A DNA stretch of 64,000 nt from Camelus dromedarius (taxonomy: Eukaryota). The stretch covers positions 92,072,001 through 92,136,000 of the forward strand of contig NC_087472.1 of assembly GCF_036321535.1 (NCBI RefSeq). Reading direction: 5' to 3'. Below, in pieces: positions 38,891 through 50,847 of this stretch; position 1 is the first letter of the stretch; every line of letters begins with the position of its first letter. Made by a program: the position numbers and the translations under genes. The notes beneath the pieces are model-generated. The model searched no databases. It worked only from the letters and a program-made list of their open reading frames with translations, and had not been told where the DNA came from.

Positions 38891-40556
38891 ATAACTCTGA
38901 AGTAAAAAAAAAATCTAAAAAAATAAAATAAAATACAGAATAGTGTCTAACATTTAGGTGATCCATAAACTGTTATCCAATGAATAAGTTTAGAGGACAG
39001 AGTTGCGAAGGGAGAGATGGATGGTAGAGAAATCAGAAAAGAAGCCCTGTAACAGTCCAGGTGTAAGTGGCAATACCTGGTTTGGACTTTCCCACCCTCA
39101 ACGGAGTTCCCCAGTATTGCCTCCAGTGGCAAGCACGCCTGTCAAGGGCTCTTGAGTGGATTTCCTACTTTATATCCACTCCCCTTGCCTGGCTTCCCTC
39201 AAGTACCCCCCCTGGACCCTCCTATTCATCCTCTCCTCTTCCAAATCAGGGCTCTGATGGGCCTCTAAGTGACCCTAAATTAGCATGGCATAACATAACA
39301 CATTGTACCACTAACACTGATAGCTATGAGAGTACAATAAAGCAGCGTTTTTGAAGACTGCTCTTCTTGCCCATCTCATAGACTCCCAAAGGAACTATCT
39401 TAGAAAATGTATTTCCAGCCTGTCTCCTTCTCAGAGCAATGATGACACCTTGATCACTGTGGGATCACTTAGAAAGATGAGTTTTCTCACCTGCTCCTGT
39501 ATCCACAGTGACACTTTTGAAGGGATCCTATCTCCTGTTCCTGTTGAAACTCTTCAGATATGTGGTCTCCAGCATTTAATGTTTAATGATCTCTGCAAAC
39601 TCCAATGAGTCTACTCACTGGAGGGCCCCTTTAATACCCATCCACAAGGCACATCACTCATAACCTACAATCAAGCAGTGAGACCAAGTGCAGAGAAAGG
39701 ATGTTAGAAGAATACATTTTCTACAGATATGATTCCTAGTATTCCTTCCCCTACCTCTACTTCAACAACTCTCCCAGAACCTCCCTCTCCACACTTTCAT
39801 CCCCAAGTAGTGCTCTGACTATGAGAGAGAAACAAAAAGAGATGCATTTTATATTTATATGATTAAAATGTTATGCTACATAACACTTTGTGTATATAAA
39901 ATGTATGTTTACTGATTTATTTTCTTTCAACTTCATCTGATTAAAAGACTTGCCTGTTTATAAGATTTATAAGTAGTAGTGATTTTGGTGGAAATGGTGT
40001 TCTGCTAAGCCATACAGAGTAACTCTTTGGAAAAGTCATAATATCAAGCAAGGCCACACTACATTTTTTCCCCTGTGGCAGAAGAAATGAGATTTACATT
40101 GACATTGCTTTTCTTATTTTCTCCCTTGTGCTCACATTGAGAAGACCTGTATACTATGTGCTTTTTGTAAACATACCTATATTTTTCACCATTTATTTTA
40201 AAAAAAAGAACCACACCATAAAATCTTAGTCTTTAGATGTCTGGAGGTAGTGATTAACTCAGTAGAGTGCTTTTGTGTGTATGTGTTTATCTGTGTGTGC
40301 ATACTCCAACAAATATTTTGGACTTCTGAGTACTTTGAAAATGATAATATCATGTAGAATATTCTTGAGAAAATATTTCGTCTCCTTAAAAAAACTTCTT
40401 TTCACTTAAGTAACAGACAACCTATTCTTTTTTTTCCCTTGCTTAGAAAAACCATTTTTGCTGTGTAGACATCATTCTTTGCTCAGAAGAATACCAGGTA
40501 TTTGTCTAGGCACCTTTCAAATGAAAGAACACACTTTTTTTTTGCTCCTTTGCTAG

Positions 40557-40600
40557 TTGACCAGACTAGTATTAACTTCATGTGTGAACAGAAGAAGAAG
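40557..40600 (+). other. Candidate 44-nt exon of an unknown transcript
   Basis: Strong acceptor TTTTTTTTTGCTCCTTTGCTAG, consensus donor AAG|GTGAGT, and a GAAGAAGAAG enhancer-like end. Confidence 0.35.
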
Positions 40601-41453
40601 GTGAGTCTATTTTGTGTTTTACCTTTTTGTTTTTTTACTAATGAAATAAAAATATGACTCAAGGTCTCTCTTTAACTCAGCCAGTTAACAAGTATTTCCT
40701 ATTCAGAATCTGCAGAAGAATTTTAACAGAGTCAAAGAGTTTCCAGAATTTTATTCAGTTCTTTAAGCTCTAAATATTATAAAACAGAAATTATTTTAGA
40801 AGAGGGACTTTTTAAATAGTCAAAACTACTTTTCAAATTCTTGAGATCTTTCATCATTATTTCCCCTTCATTGGCCCTTAGGAGCACCAAAGGCAGCTGT
40901 CACAACAGAGGTGTGTGCACACCAAAGTCTCAGCTGGGACACAGATCTCACCTTGAGAGTCTGGCAGTTTGCCTAAAAACTGGAAGTTTGAGCAAATAAG
41001 GCAAGTAGATCATGGGCACTGTGTGTGCATTTGGCAGCTGCTATAATTATTCCAGGTGAGTTAAATCTCTCAGAAGATCCTTGATGCCAATTTTGAGTAT
41101 AAAAATTGACAAATGAGTATTCGATAACATAGTAACATAGTATTTTAAAAATCGATCTCTCCTAACTGTGATGCCCTACCATGTCCAAAATTTCACCAAC
41201 CCAAGCCCATTACCTCTTTAGTTTGGTCATTTATAGTAATTTTTTTGTCATCATTAAATGTGTGACTTTTGATTGCCCTCCTATGCAGATAGTTCATAGT
41301 AAGATTCTTTTCTTCTTGTTTTTTTTTGTTTGTTTGTTTTCTGCTACAAATAAGGATATTATCAAGCATTTTGGGGAGGGAGAGAATAGGTACTGAGTTA
41401 TTAAGACAGAATATGAGAAGGAGCCAAATAGCCCTGCATAAGAACTGCTGAGG

Positions 41454-41683
41454 AAATGGGGAAGGGACAAGCTAGGGGGATAGGATTAATAGACACAAAC
41501 TACTATGTATAAAATAGATAAGCAACAAAGATATATTGTATAACACAGGGAATTATAGCTGTTACTTTATAATATCTTAAATGGAGTAGAACCTACAAAA
41601 TACTGAATCACTATGCTATACATCTGAAACTAGTATTGTAAATCAACTTTACTTCAATAGGATGGATAGATAGATAGATAGAT
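41454..41683 (+). mobile_element. L1 3' UTR fragment whose tail is a (GATA)n repeat
   Basis: ACAAACTACTATGTATAAAATAGATAAGCAACAAAG...AATCAACTTTACTTCAATA. TSD AGAACTGCTGAGG (41441-41453) / AGAAATGCTGAGG (41684-41696). Confidence 0.88.
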
Positions 41684-41685
41684 AG
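41661..41685. repeat. (GATA)n tetranucleotide microsatellite
   Basis: GATGGATAGATAGATAGATAGATAG. Confidence 0.9.
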
Positions 41686-41749
41686 AAATGCTGAGGGATT
41701 GAAGTCCTCAGAGGAAGAGTAAGTATGTGGAGTTGAATATTTTGGCCTG

Positions 41750-42475
41750 ATCTATCCAACTGCGTAGTTACTAGCTACACAAAGCTACTGAGCACTTGAA
41801 ATGTGGCTGGATTGGAAGACTTAGTACAAAAAAAGAGTGTCAAATAGCTCATCAATAAATTTTTATTCAGCCATAAGAACCGACAACATAACGCCATTTG
41901 CAGCAACATGGATGTTCCTGGAGAATGTCATTCTAAGTGAAGCAAGCCACAAAGAAAAAGAAAAATACCATATGAGATCACTCATATGTGGGATCTAAAA
42001 AAAAAAAACATATATACAAAACAGAAACAGACTCATAAACATAGAACACAAACTTGTGGTTGCGAAGGGGGTTGGGGGTGGGAAGGGACAGACTGGGAGT
42101 TCAAACTGTAGAATCGATAAACAAGATTATACTGTATAGCACAGGGAAATATATACAAGATCTTGTGGTAGCTCACAGTGAAAAAAAATGTAACAATGAA
42201 TATATGTATGTTCATGTATAACTGAAAAATTGTGCTCTACATTGGAATTTGACACAACGTTGTAAAATGACTATAACTCAATAAAAAAGGTAATAAATAA
42301 ATAATTTTTAATGATTACATGTTGAAATGACAATATTTTGAAAATACTTGGCTAGACAATATATATTATTAAGATTAATTTCACCTGTTTCTTTTTACTT
42401 TTATTTTAATATAACTATTATTATATTTAAAATCACATATTATAGCTGGCATTATAATTTTATTTGTAGGAGTGA
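41750..42475. mobile_element. MER33-like hAT-Charlie fossil split by a young L1
   Basis: CTACTGAGCACTTGAAATGTGGCT...GAAGACTTAGTACAAAAAAAG [L1] GATTACATGTTGAAATGACAATATTTTG...TTAATTTCACCTGTTTCTTTTTACTTTT. Confidence 0.8.
41865..42298 (+). mobile_element. Young L1 3' fragment inserted in a MER33-like element
   Basis: High similarity to 16765-17195 (CCGACAACATA..GCCATTTGCAGCAACATGG; GGAATTTGACACAAC). Approximate TSD AATAAATTTTTA / AATAATTTTTA. Confidence 0.93.
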
Positions 42476-42599
42476 TTTAGAAGATCCACTTTAGAAAGAA
42501 TGAGTAAAAGAAACTTTAAGCCCATTAACTAGAGGTTTAAAATAGTCAAATTAACAAAGGTATGTGTTGAATTTAAAAGCCAGTAAATAAATAATACAC

Positions 42600-42722
42600 A
42601 TTCTCTGAGGGCAGGAACCAAAACCTAGTATTTTGTATTCATCTGCATATTCTCAGCACTTACCACAGTTTCTGGGACATACTAAGTACTCCATAAACAA
42701 CGCATGAATAATGAAAAACGAA
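42600..42722 (+). mobile_element. L2 3' end
   Basis: TGAGGGCAGGAACC...CAGCACTTACCACAGTTTCTGGGACATACTAAGTACTCCATAAA. Confidence 0.65.
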
Positions 42723-43074
42723 TCAGTCAAATTAGAATTATGAAATAAGTAGAGAGAAAGTGTTAGTTTGAGTGTCACCAAATATTAAAAAATAACTGTA
42801 TTAAGGTCCTTAAATATTTCCAGATCAAAAAGAAATTCTTCAGTAATAATTAAGGATCACTATTGGTAAAGTACACATTCAAATTAGGAACAAGTTTCAG
42901 AAATTTACCAGGGACTTTTTTTTTTAACACACACTACATAAGAGAGATAAGTGGAGGAGTGACAGTCTGGGATCTGTGTGTTAGTTCCATTTTATTGAAA
43001 TTTGGTGCCACATAACATAGGGATGGAACTTAGTGTTGCGCTTGATTGTAGGTTTAATACAGTGTTTTTTCAAA

Positions 43075-43225
43075 AAGTTTCTAAATCTAGCATTGATAGT
43101 TGGGCTTCAGGGACACATGAATCTTCCAAAATTGTGTGCAAAATTGCTTGTATTTGTGCAAATGTATGTTCTGGGGAGAGAATACTATAGCTGTAATCAG
43201 TATCTCAAAGAGGCCCACCGACTTA
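43075..43225. mobile_element. MER103-like hAT-Charlie fossil
   Basis: GGGCTTCAGGG...AAATTGTGTGCAAAATT...CTGGGGAGAG...ATAGCT..AATCAGTATCTCAAAGAGG. Confidence 0.65.
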
Positions 43226-45136
43226 GTAACGTATTACCCAGCCACTGCTCTGTTGCAACATCAAATAGGATCAGGGTGAAAGTAAACCATTTAACATTAG
43301 GGAAATGCTGGAAAGCACTGGATCCTTTTATCCACCCCCCCCCAACGTTACCTAAGAGGTTTGACTTTCTAGAACCTTTCTTAGAGATTTCAGATAGCCC
43401 AACCAGCATTTTAAAACACTGTAATGTAGTCTAAATAGACAAAAATGATTTAACAGTTATAAAACTGTTTGAAATGCCAATAAATGTATAGTCTAATGGA
43501 AATATAGTATTTTTGGAATCAACTGTGGCCATGATGAAAATTTTAAAAGTAGGTCCCAAACATCTTTTAAATTGTTCCTCTGCCTGTACCTCCAATTACC
43601 CTAACTAAATCAATTATCTGTTTTCTTACTGGCATTAAGATTCCTTGCTTTCTAAGTTGGGCTCTATCGTCGGCTTTGAATATATTAAATGCAGGTAAGT
43701 CATATGATTTGATATAAAGGAGGAATTAGATGCTTGCCCAGCATTTGTTCCCTTCTTTTTTGATAACAACTGGCTACCTCTGTTATGGAGAATTACCTCT
43801 TACTCACTGGAAAGAGTCTTAATGTGAAGTCAATCAAGTTCACTTCAGACCTACTCCCCCAAGTCACACAACCCTCCCACACAGACACTTGAAGATGAGA
43901 GAGTAAGTGGCTCAAGCTTTGGCAATCAGACTCTTTCTCCAAACAACTCTTATAAACAGAATGTAACAGAAAAATGAAAAATGGCAGGATTTCATTCATC
44001 CTGGTGGTCAATTTCTGAGGTGTTTGGTACTTGGATCCCCAGAGCTGCTCTGACTCTAAATCTTTCTTAAACTAGGCTCTTATGTGTTTCCTTTAATTTC
44101 CAATAAATTCAGTGGTGGACAGTGGCTCTTTATAAAGTGGATATAAAATCTGAGACTAGTAATTTACTTATTCCTCAGAAGTAAATAGAAGTTGAACATC
44201 TATTCTCCATCAATTACTAAAGGCTCAAAATATTGATCCGAAAGTCCAAGAAGACTTTACTATCTAATTTGAGACAAGTGAAACATTAAAAATAGTAAGT
44301 TGATTTAGACTAAAGGCCAACTAGCTCTGCATTCAAGAGGTTACACTGATGACAGAGAGGATCCTTGAGGTCTGGGGTAGCCCAGAAAGATATAAGATGG
44401 GACGTGAACCAAAACTCACAAAAGGGGTAGATTTTGAGAAAACTGGTATGAGGGAAAACAATTCAGGTGGAGAACAGCTTGACCAGTTACACAGAGTAAA
44501 CCTATCCAGTTGGCCACTAGGGAGAGTGTGTATAAAACAACTAGGAGTAAAGTTGGAACAACAGTTTGAAAAGGACACTCAATGCCATGCTGAAGTGTTT
44601 GGACTGTATTGTGCAGGCAATAGAGAATCTGTGTGATTATTGTAGTGTATAAAATAGCTTGATTCACGGCAAGATTGGATCCAGGGTAAGGGGGTATGAG
44701 ATTTCCATAATACTTCAGATTTGATGTGGAAAGGAAATGAAGCAGGATGGTAGTGATGAACATGAAAATGGACTACCTGATGGCAGAAAGCACACAAAGG
44801 GAGACTCCACACAACTTGGTAAATGACTGAATTGATACGGATGGGAGAGGGTTAGACCAATCAAACCATGATTCCAAAGTTATCAGCATAAATTATGGAA
44901 AAGCAATAATACTTTGAACTTGGTAGTCCTAGAAGAAACTATTTTGGTATTTATAATGTGTATGTAATTATACTGCATATGTATTTTTTCCATGTGCTCT
45001 TTTTAATAGGTAGAAATAGAATTGCTGAAAGGCAGTTCACATTTCAAATGTCAATAAAGCTAATATACCATAGTGTAACAATGACTCCTATTGCTGAATC
45101 TTTGCCCCTCTTATTTTGAGAAGTTGATTGAAGATT

Positions 45137-45194
45137 ATTTTCCTTCCTTCTTTCCTTCTTAACTTCCTTCCTTCCTTCCTTTTTTTTCTTTTTT
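45137..45194. repeat. (TTCC)n/T pyrimidine tract
   Basis: Direct reading. Confidence 0.85.
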
Positions 45195-45289
45195 ACAAAC
45201 TTCCTTTGATGGTATCAATAGCTACTCTATCACTAAAACTTAATAAGAATATTTTTTATTCTTTTGGCTAAAGCAATAGGCTTCCTTGA

Positions 45290-45623
45290 TCTGGGCTAGT
45301 TCTGGGCCTAGCCCTTAAGAGACCTGGAAGCTTCCATCTTTGCTTTTTTGGAACCCAGCTGCCATGCTATAAGGAAGCTTAGGCTATAGTGTTAAAAAGA
45401 GAGGCCACATGGAGGGGCCTTAGAGGAAAAGACACCAGGTGGAAAGTGGGGCCATCTTACACCTTTCAGCCAAGCCCAGCCTCCAGCTGAAAGCAGCTTC
45501 ATGACCCTAGAGCCCAGGTAAAGTGGAGCAGAAAAACTACACACCCTATGCAAAAAATTCTCAAATATGATAGGTATTCATTGTTTTAGCTACTCCATTT
45601 ATGAAGTAATAGAAAACTAAAAC
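45290..45623 (+). mobile_element. MaLR LTR fragment (older MLT1, H/F-like)
   Basis: GCCCTTAAGAGACCTGGAAGCTTCC...GGAACCCAGCTGCCATGCTATAAGGAAGC...TTGTTTTAG...AACTAAAACA. Confidence 0.75.
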
Positions 45624-48119
45624 AGAAAGGTTGAGTTTGAGGTGTTCCTGAGGCAGTCAGGCAGGGATCTCCAGCTGTTAGTGGCTATAGAAACTCATAG
45701 AAAAACTGGAAATACAGATTTTGAAGCTATTTACTCAAAGATGGTAAATGAAGTCAAGAACATGCATGAGATTACCTATGGTAAGAATATAAAATGAAAT
45801 GAGGAAGGAGTCTAGGCCATGGTCATGACAAACTCTCATGTAGAAAGAACAGTATGTCTCATATGGAATGGGCCAAAAAAGGAGACAGAAGAAAATCCAG
45901 AAAAACAAAAAAGTGTGCTGTCACTAAGGCCCAGAGAAGTGTCCCATGAAGGAGAAACAGGGACCCCTGTGATGAACATTGCCAAAAAGTATGATGACAG
46001 GATCCAATTTATATACAGAATTAAATGTACCTCCAAGAAGTTTAACATCATTAACATCATCAACATTACCTGGAGAATTAATTTTCTCAAGGAAGACGTA
46101 TTTGATGTCATGTCATTTATCTGTTCATATCATACCCATTTCATCTTCCACCAAGTAAATGCTTATTCATATTTGATCTTGAAAACAAGCATTTTGAAAT
46201 AGAAAATGAAGAAGTAGAGAGACTTACACCTTTGACTTAATTGCAGGGGAATGAATAATTGTTAAGACTGTGTATATATTGTGAGGCTTATTATGATCCC
46301 TTTGCTGGCTCCCAAATGATCTACAGAGACTGGAAAACTGTAGTATTGGCTTATTTGGTATTTAATTATCATGACTTCCAAGATAATTCAGAATAATTCA
46401 TGCCATAACAGTGTATATGTTAACATGGAAGGGATGATCTAGTGGAGTAATGAGGGTATTCGACCTCCGAAGTGAATCATACTTTAAGATCTCCTTCTTC
46501 TATCTGATAAAATTATTCTCAGTGAAAAAAAAACATGCAATAATCAGTAATAGTTATTTTCTGGATTTTTCTTTAGTTTCAAAACAATAAAAATAAAAAA
46601 GAAATTTCAATTATAAAGATATTTTCAAATTTAGCAACATATTTCATGTACCAGAGATAAACCCTTTCCAAACAACAATATTACTCCCTGTAGTTCACAT
46701 TCCTGCTTCAATGTTTTAAATTTGAAACACAAACAAAAACTCTAAGAGGTCATATATAAGGTTAACATTGAAGTAACTCAGGCTCTATTTGTTCATCTTT
46801 ACAATCACTGTGCCATCATTGTTTATATCAAATCTTCTGTTTACATAAAGAAATATCAAGTACTACTGGACTGGAGACAGCAACTTTTTCCAAAGTCAAC
46901 TCAGACGATTCTAAACTATTACAAATTTACTCTAGAAATAAATGCACTGTAGCTGGGATTGTATGTTGGGGATCTGATATGTAATTGGGAGGTCTCTGAG
47001 TTAACTTCTATGTAGAATTAAATGTTTATTCAAGGATAAGTAATAAAAATGTGTTAATCTGAAGCTTATGTAAGTATTAAATTCAGCAGTAGCCACATCA
47101 ATTGTTTAGAAACTAGACCAACAAAATATTTTGAGGGGAATAAATATTTTATCACAGACATTTTTTAGAATTTCTGGCACATGGTGATAATAGTCCATTT
47201 TCTTACCGTTTCTAAATTATTCTACACTTTACCCCCTTACGGCTAGCCCCTGAGGAAGACTGCTCTCCATTATTTCCCATCCCATGCTTCACTGATATGA
47301 ACTGATTTCACTGTTAGTCTTTCATTTTGACCCTGAAATCCCATCTTGCTACATGCACGAAATTTGACAAGAAATTCAAAATTTTGTAGATGCATTTCTA
47401 TGTATAACTTATAGTGGAAAACTATCAAAACTATTTTGCAATGTTTCTTCTTAAAACAGAAAGAGATAAATTGGGGGGATAGACTTTATGGAAAATTAAA
47501 AGGAGAAAGGTATTTAGAAGTGATCATTTAGATGCCAGATGAGTTATGGAACTGTTCAAAATAGAATTAGATTATAATTATATACCATCTGTCCTCAAAA
47601 TCCGTCTATTCATTTAACAAACTTTTGACTATCTCTTCTGTGCCTCTCTCTGTGTTCGGTGTTAGGAAATAAAGAGTATCTTGTCAATTAACATTATACA
47701 TAACTTTTCCCTTCAAAAAAAAACTACACATTTAATACATTTTAAGACTTTTTGATGGAAGTCTTTGTAAAATATATACTTCTCAGTCTTTAATAAAAGG
47801 ATAATTTAACTTTTTACTTTATGTCTCAAAGTAATCATTATGAGCATCCATTTTATGTATTTTGGTATAATTCTGTCATCCAGCTCTTGGCCTTTTTAGC
47901 CCTTCCTTCCTTCAAAGGTAGCTTGTTAGCTTTCACATCTCCTACAGTCATCTGCTTGCCTCTAATAGCATCTTACCTGATGTTAATCTTAAGGTTTCCT
48001 AGTTTGAAAACTTGTTAAAATGTATGTTGGTGAATAATAGTCAATCACAATGACTGAAGACCTAACATAAAAATCTATGATCCAAATATAGGTACATACC
48101 TTTTAAAAGGTTATAAATT

Positions 48120-48590
48120 ATAAGGAAAAGAAAACTCCAATTCAACTACTTTAAAGGAAGTTATTAACACACAATAATGTGAGTCCAGTTGGCTATCTTC
48201 AGCCTTATTCATTTATTGCTTACCTCCCAGATGCAGGATGGCTACTGCATCTCCAAGCATCATGTCCTTTGGATAACATACAAAAGAGTAAAAGGGACCT
48301 TTCTCTTCCCTGTGTATGTTTTTCAAGACTTGGGAATTTTTGCACAAAAGCATTCCCACCAAAAGTCTACGCCTCTTAACTCACTGGCCACATTGTAATA
48401 AGTAAATTTCCAAAATGAAGCACAGACATGGGGAGTGAGTTTGCCATGGTTGGCTTAGACTATGTTGGCCTGGGTGAGGGGAAGAGTTAGCTTACCCTGA
48501 CAGTACCTGGCCAATCAGAAGAGGGTAGATGATGAACAAAATAAGGGTTGTGATAAGGTCAAAGATGGAGAATATAAAAGGCAACCAACA
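48120..48590 (-). mobile_element. Old MaLR LTR relic
   Basis: GCAGGATGGCTACTGCATCTCCAAGCATCATGTCC; TTGCCATGGTTGGCTTAGAC. Confidence 0.5.
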
Positions 48591-50504
48591 GCAAGCTTGA
48601 AACCTTGTGACACTGAGTGTTCAAAAGCCACTTTCCATTTCATTCTCAGTTTGGGTTTATGGTTTGGAGTGTTTAGGTTGCTAGAATATTCAACAATGAA
48701 TTACATGCTGCACATTCCTGTTGCATCAGAAACTCTTATTTGCCACCATCATAAAGTGAAAAATGAGAATACAAAAGCAATAGTTTATTTCTCTCACTTC
48801 CAAAAATAAGGCATGCAGGTCAATCTATTGGAGAATAAAGGAGAAAATACTAGAAATTTTCTTTTTATTCATTTATTTTAAAACTTAAATCTATACTAAT
48901 ATTTCATATATAGATTGACCATCCTCACTCAGCCCATGTCAAGCATTTGTAAGACACATCACAATAGCTATACAGAGAGGAAAGTACAAGTCTGAAAGAG
49001 GGAAGGGTTTGACAGTGCCACTCTCAATCATTTGTGTATCTTCAGCATATTCTGAGATATTGTCTAGGTAAGGCTATTTATGTGTTTTATCATCCTAAAT
49101 AGTAAAACCTTTAAAATACTCTGCATTGAACTGAAGAGTGATCATGAAACTCCCTTAGGCCACATGGAAGTTTCTAGGTTACTTCACAGCAAAGTACTTC
49201 AAAGAGTTGTCAAATTTACACAAATTATGTATTTTTCTTTTAATAAGAAAAGGTGGGTATTCAGAACTTGCCACCTTGTCTGTCAGTCATCTACTTCCTA
49301 GATGATATTAAATCAATAAATAAACAGCACAGAGTCTGTCTATTCAAAGTAGAGGATTCACTTTAAGAATGACGATGTCACTTATAAAAAATACTATTGG
49401 AGAGAAAATTTTGAAAATGGCATGTTTGCAAATATTTCCATTATTATGTAATTTTGTGCCCTAAATGATCAGTGTCATATATACAAATTTAAAAATTTGG
49501 AAACAGAACTCAAACTGTTAAAATTTCCTCTAAAAAAGATTTCTAGGTTTTGTGAAAAATAAAAAAATAAAATCTGATTAGACAGTAAAAAACAACTGGT
49601 CAACTTCAGAGAAAATGCAAACTGAGTAATCAAATTTCAATAAAAAGATCTGCATGTTGGAAAATATGCTTGAAATACCTATCATGGTTTCTCAAGTCCA
49701 GCTAACCATGCACTTATCAGCTAAAGAGTTTTATTTGGGATTCTTGACTCCCAAAGTTCTGGGAAAAATAAAATCTCTATAAATATAAATTTTTAAAAAA
49801 TCATACTAATTACATAGAATAGATTTCACAAAGATTCTTAAACAGCTAATTGACTATTATATCTGAATTTGATTATAGCCATTGTACTAAATTATCAAAA
49901 ACCATAACAATCTTTCTCATTTATTCACAAATGATGATTACATGATGTAAATTCAGAGCAGCAAAAGTGAATTAAAAGCACTAAGCAGCAACTCTTTTAA
50001 TGTGACAATTCTGAAACTCATCAATAGTAACGTAACAAATAAACTTATTTATTTCCATAACATCTCTTCCCACGAGACAAAAGAACAAATCTTTGTGATT
50101 TCTCCAGGGGCACTCCTGGGAAATCTTAAAGAAAGATATAGGCAAAAAGGACATTGTGAAAGTTTCGTACTTTTTATTCCATTTTTCTTGATTTGGGGAA
50201 GGTAAAAATCAAAACCGGCGAGATCTGAACACTTCAGATGGGATCATGTGTGCCTGAGAACATGAATGGTTGTGATTTGGCTACCTATTAATCACAGTGC
50301 AATATTTACAAACCAAAGATCCTTAACACTTTCAGAAAAGAACTGTTGTTGTTTCTTTTACTTTGAGAAGAATAATCAAAGGCATGACACAGTCAGAAAC
50401 ACAGTGTAGAATGTCATTCTGGTGAGATATGAAATCTCTGCTATTTGGGCAAATTATCCTCTAAGGTAAAGAGCAAACTTCTACAACTTCTTATTAAGAA
50501 CAGA

Positions 50505-50847
50505 TGAAGACAAAATACTGTAGGATATCACTTATATGTGAAACCTAAAAATGACAACAAACTAGCGAATATAACAAAAAAAAGCTGATTCACACACATA
50601 GAGAACAAACTAGTGATTACCACTGGGAGGGAGGGGCAATATAGAGGTGGGGGAGTAAAGGTACAAACTATAATGTATAAAACAAGCTACAAGGATATAT
50701 CATACAACACAGGGAATATAGTCAATATTTTATACTAACTAGAAATGGAGTATAAAATTTAAAAACTGTGGATCACTATACTGTACACCTGTATACTTAT
50801 ATTATTGTACAGCAACTATAATTCAATAAAAATGAATATTAAAAAAG
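50505..50847 (+). mobile_element. L1 3' fragment (older subfamily)
   Basis: GATATCACTTATATGTGAAACCTAAAA...CAGGGAATATAGTCAATATTTTATA...CAACTATAATTCAATAAAAA. Confidence 0.85.

Larger units (their letters stand above)
44480..45960 (-). mobile_element. Degenerate L2 fragments (~44480-44950 and ~45625-45960) flanking an MLT1
   Basis: CAATGCCATGCTGAAGTGTTTGGACTGTATT; GGTTGAGTTTGAGGTG. Confidence 0.5.

Noticed and set aside
43002..43434. 133-aa ORF and overlapping ORFs
   Set aside because: Overlap a MER103-like fossil, and I see no recognisable domain or exon structure.
45819..46202. 127-aa ORF and a 51-nt minus-strand exon candidate at 46070-46120
   Set aside because: The ORF begins in degenerate L2 sequence and includes a short TTAACATCA tandem repeat. 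The candidate acceptor lacks a pyrimidine tract.
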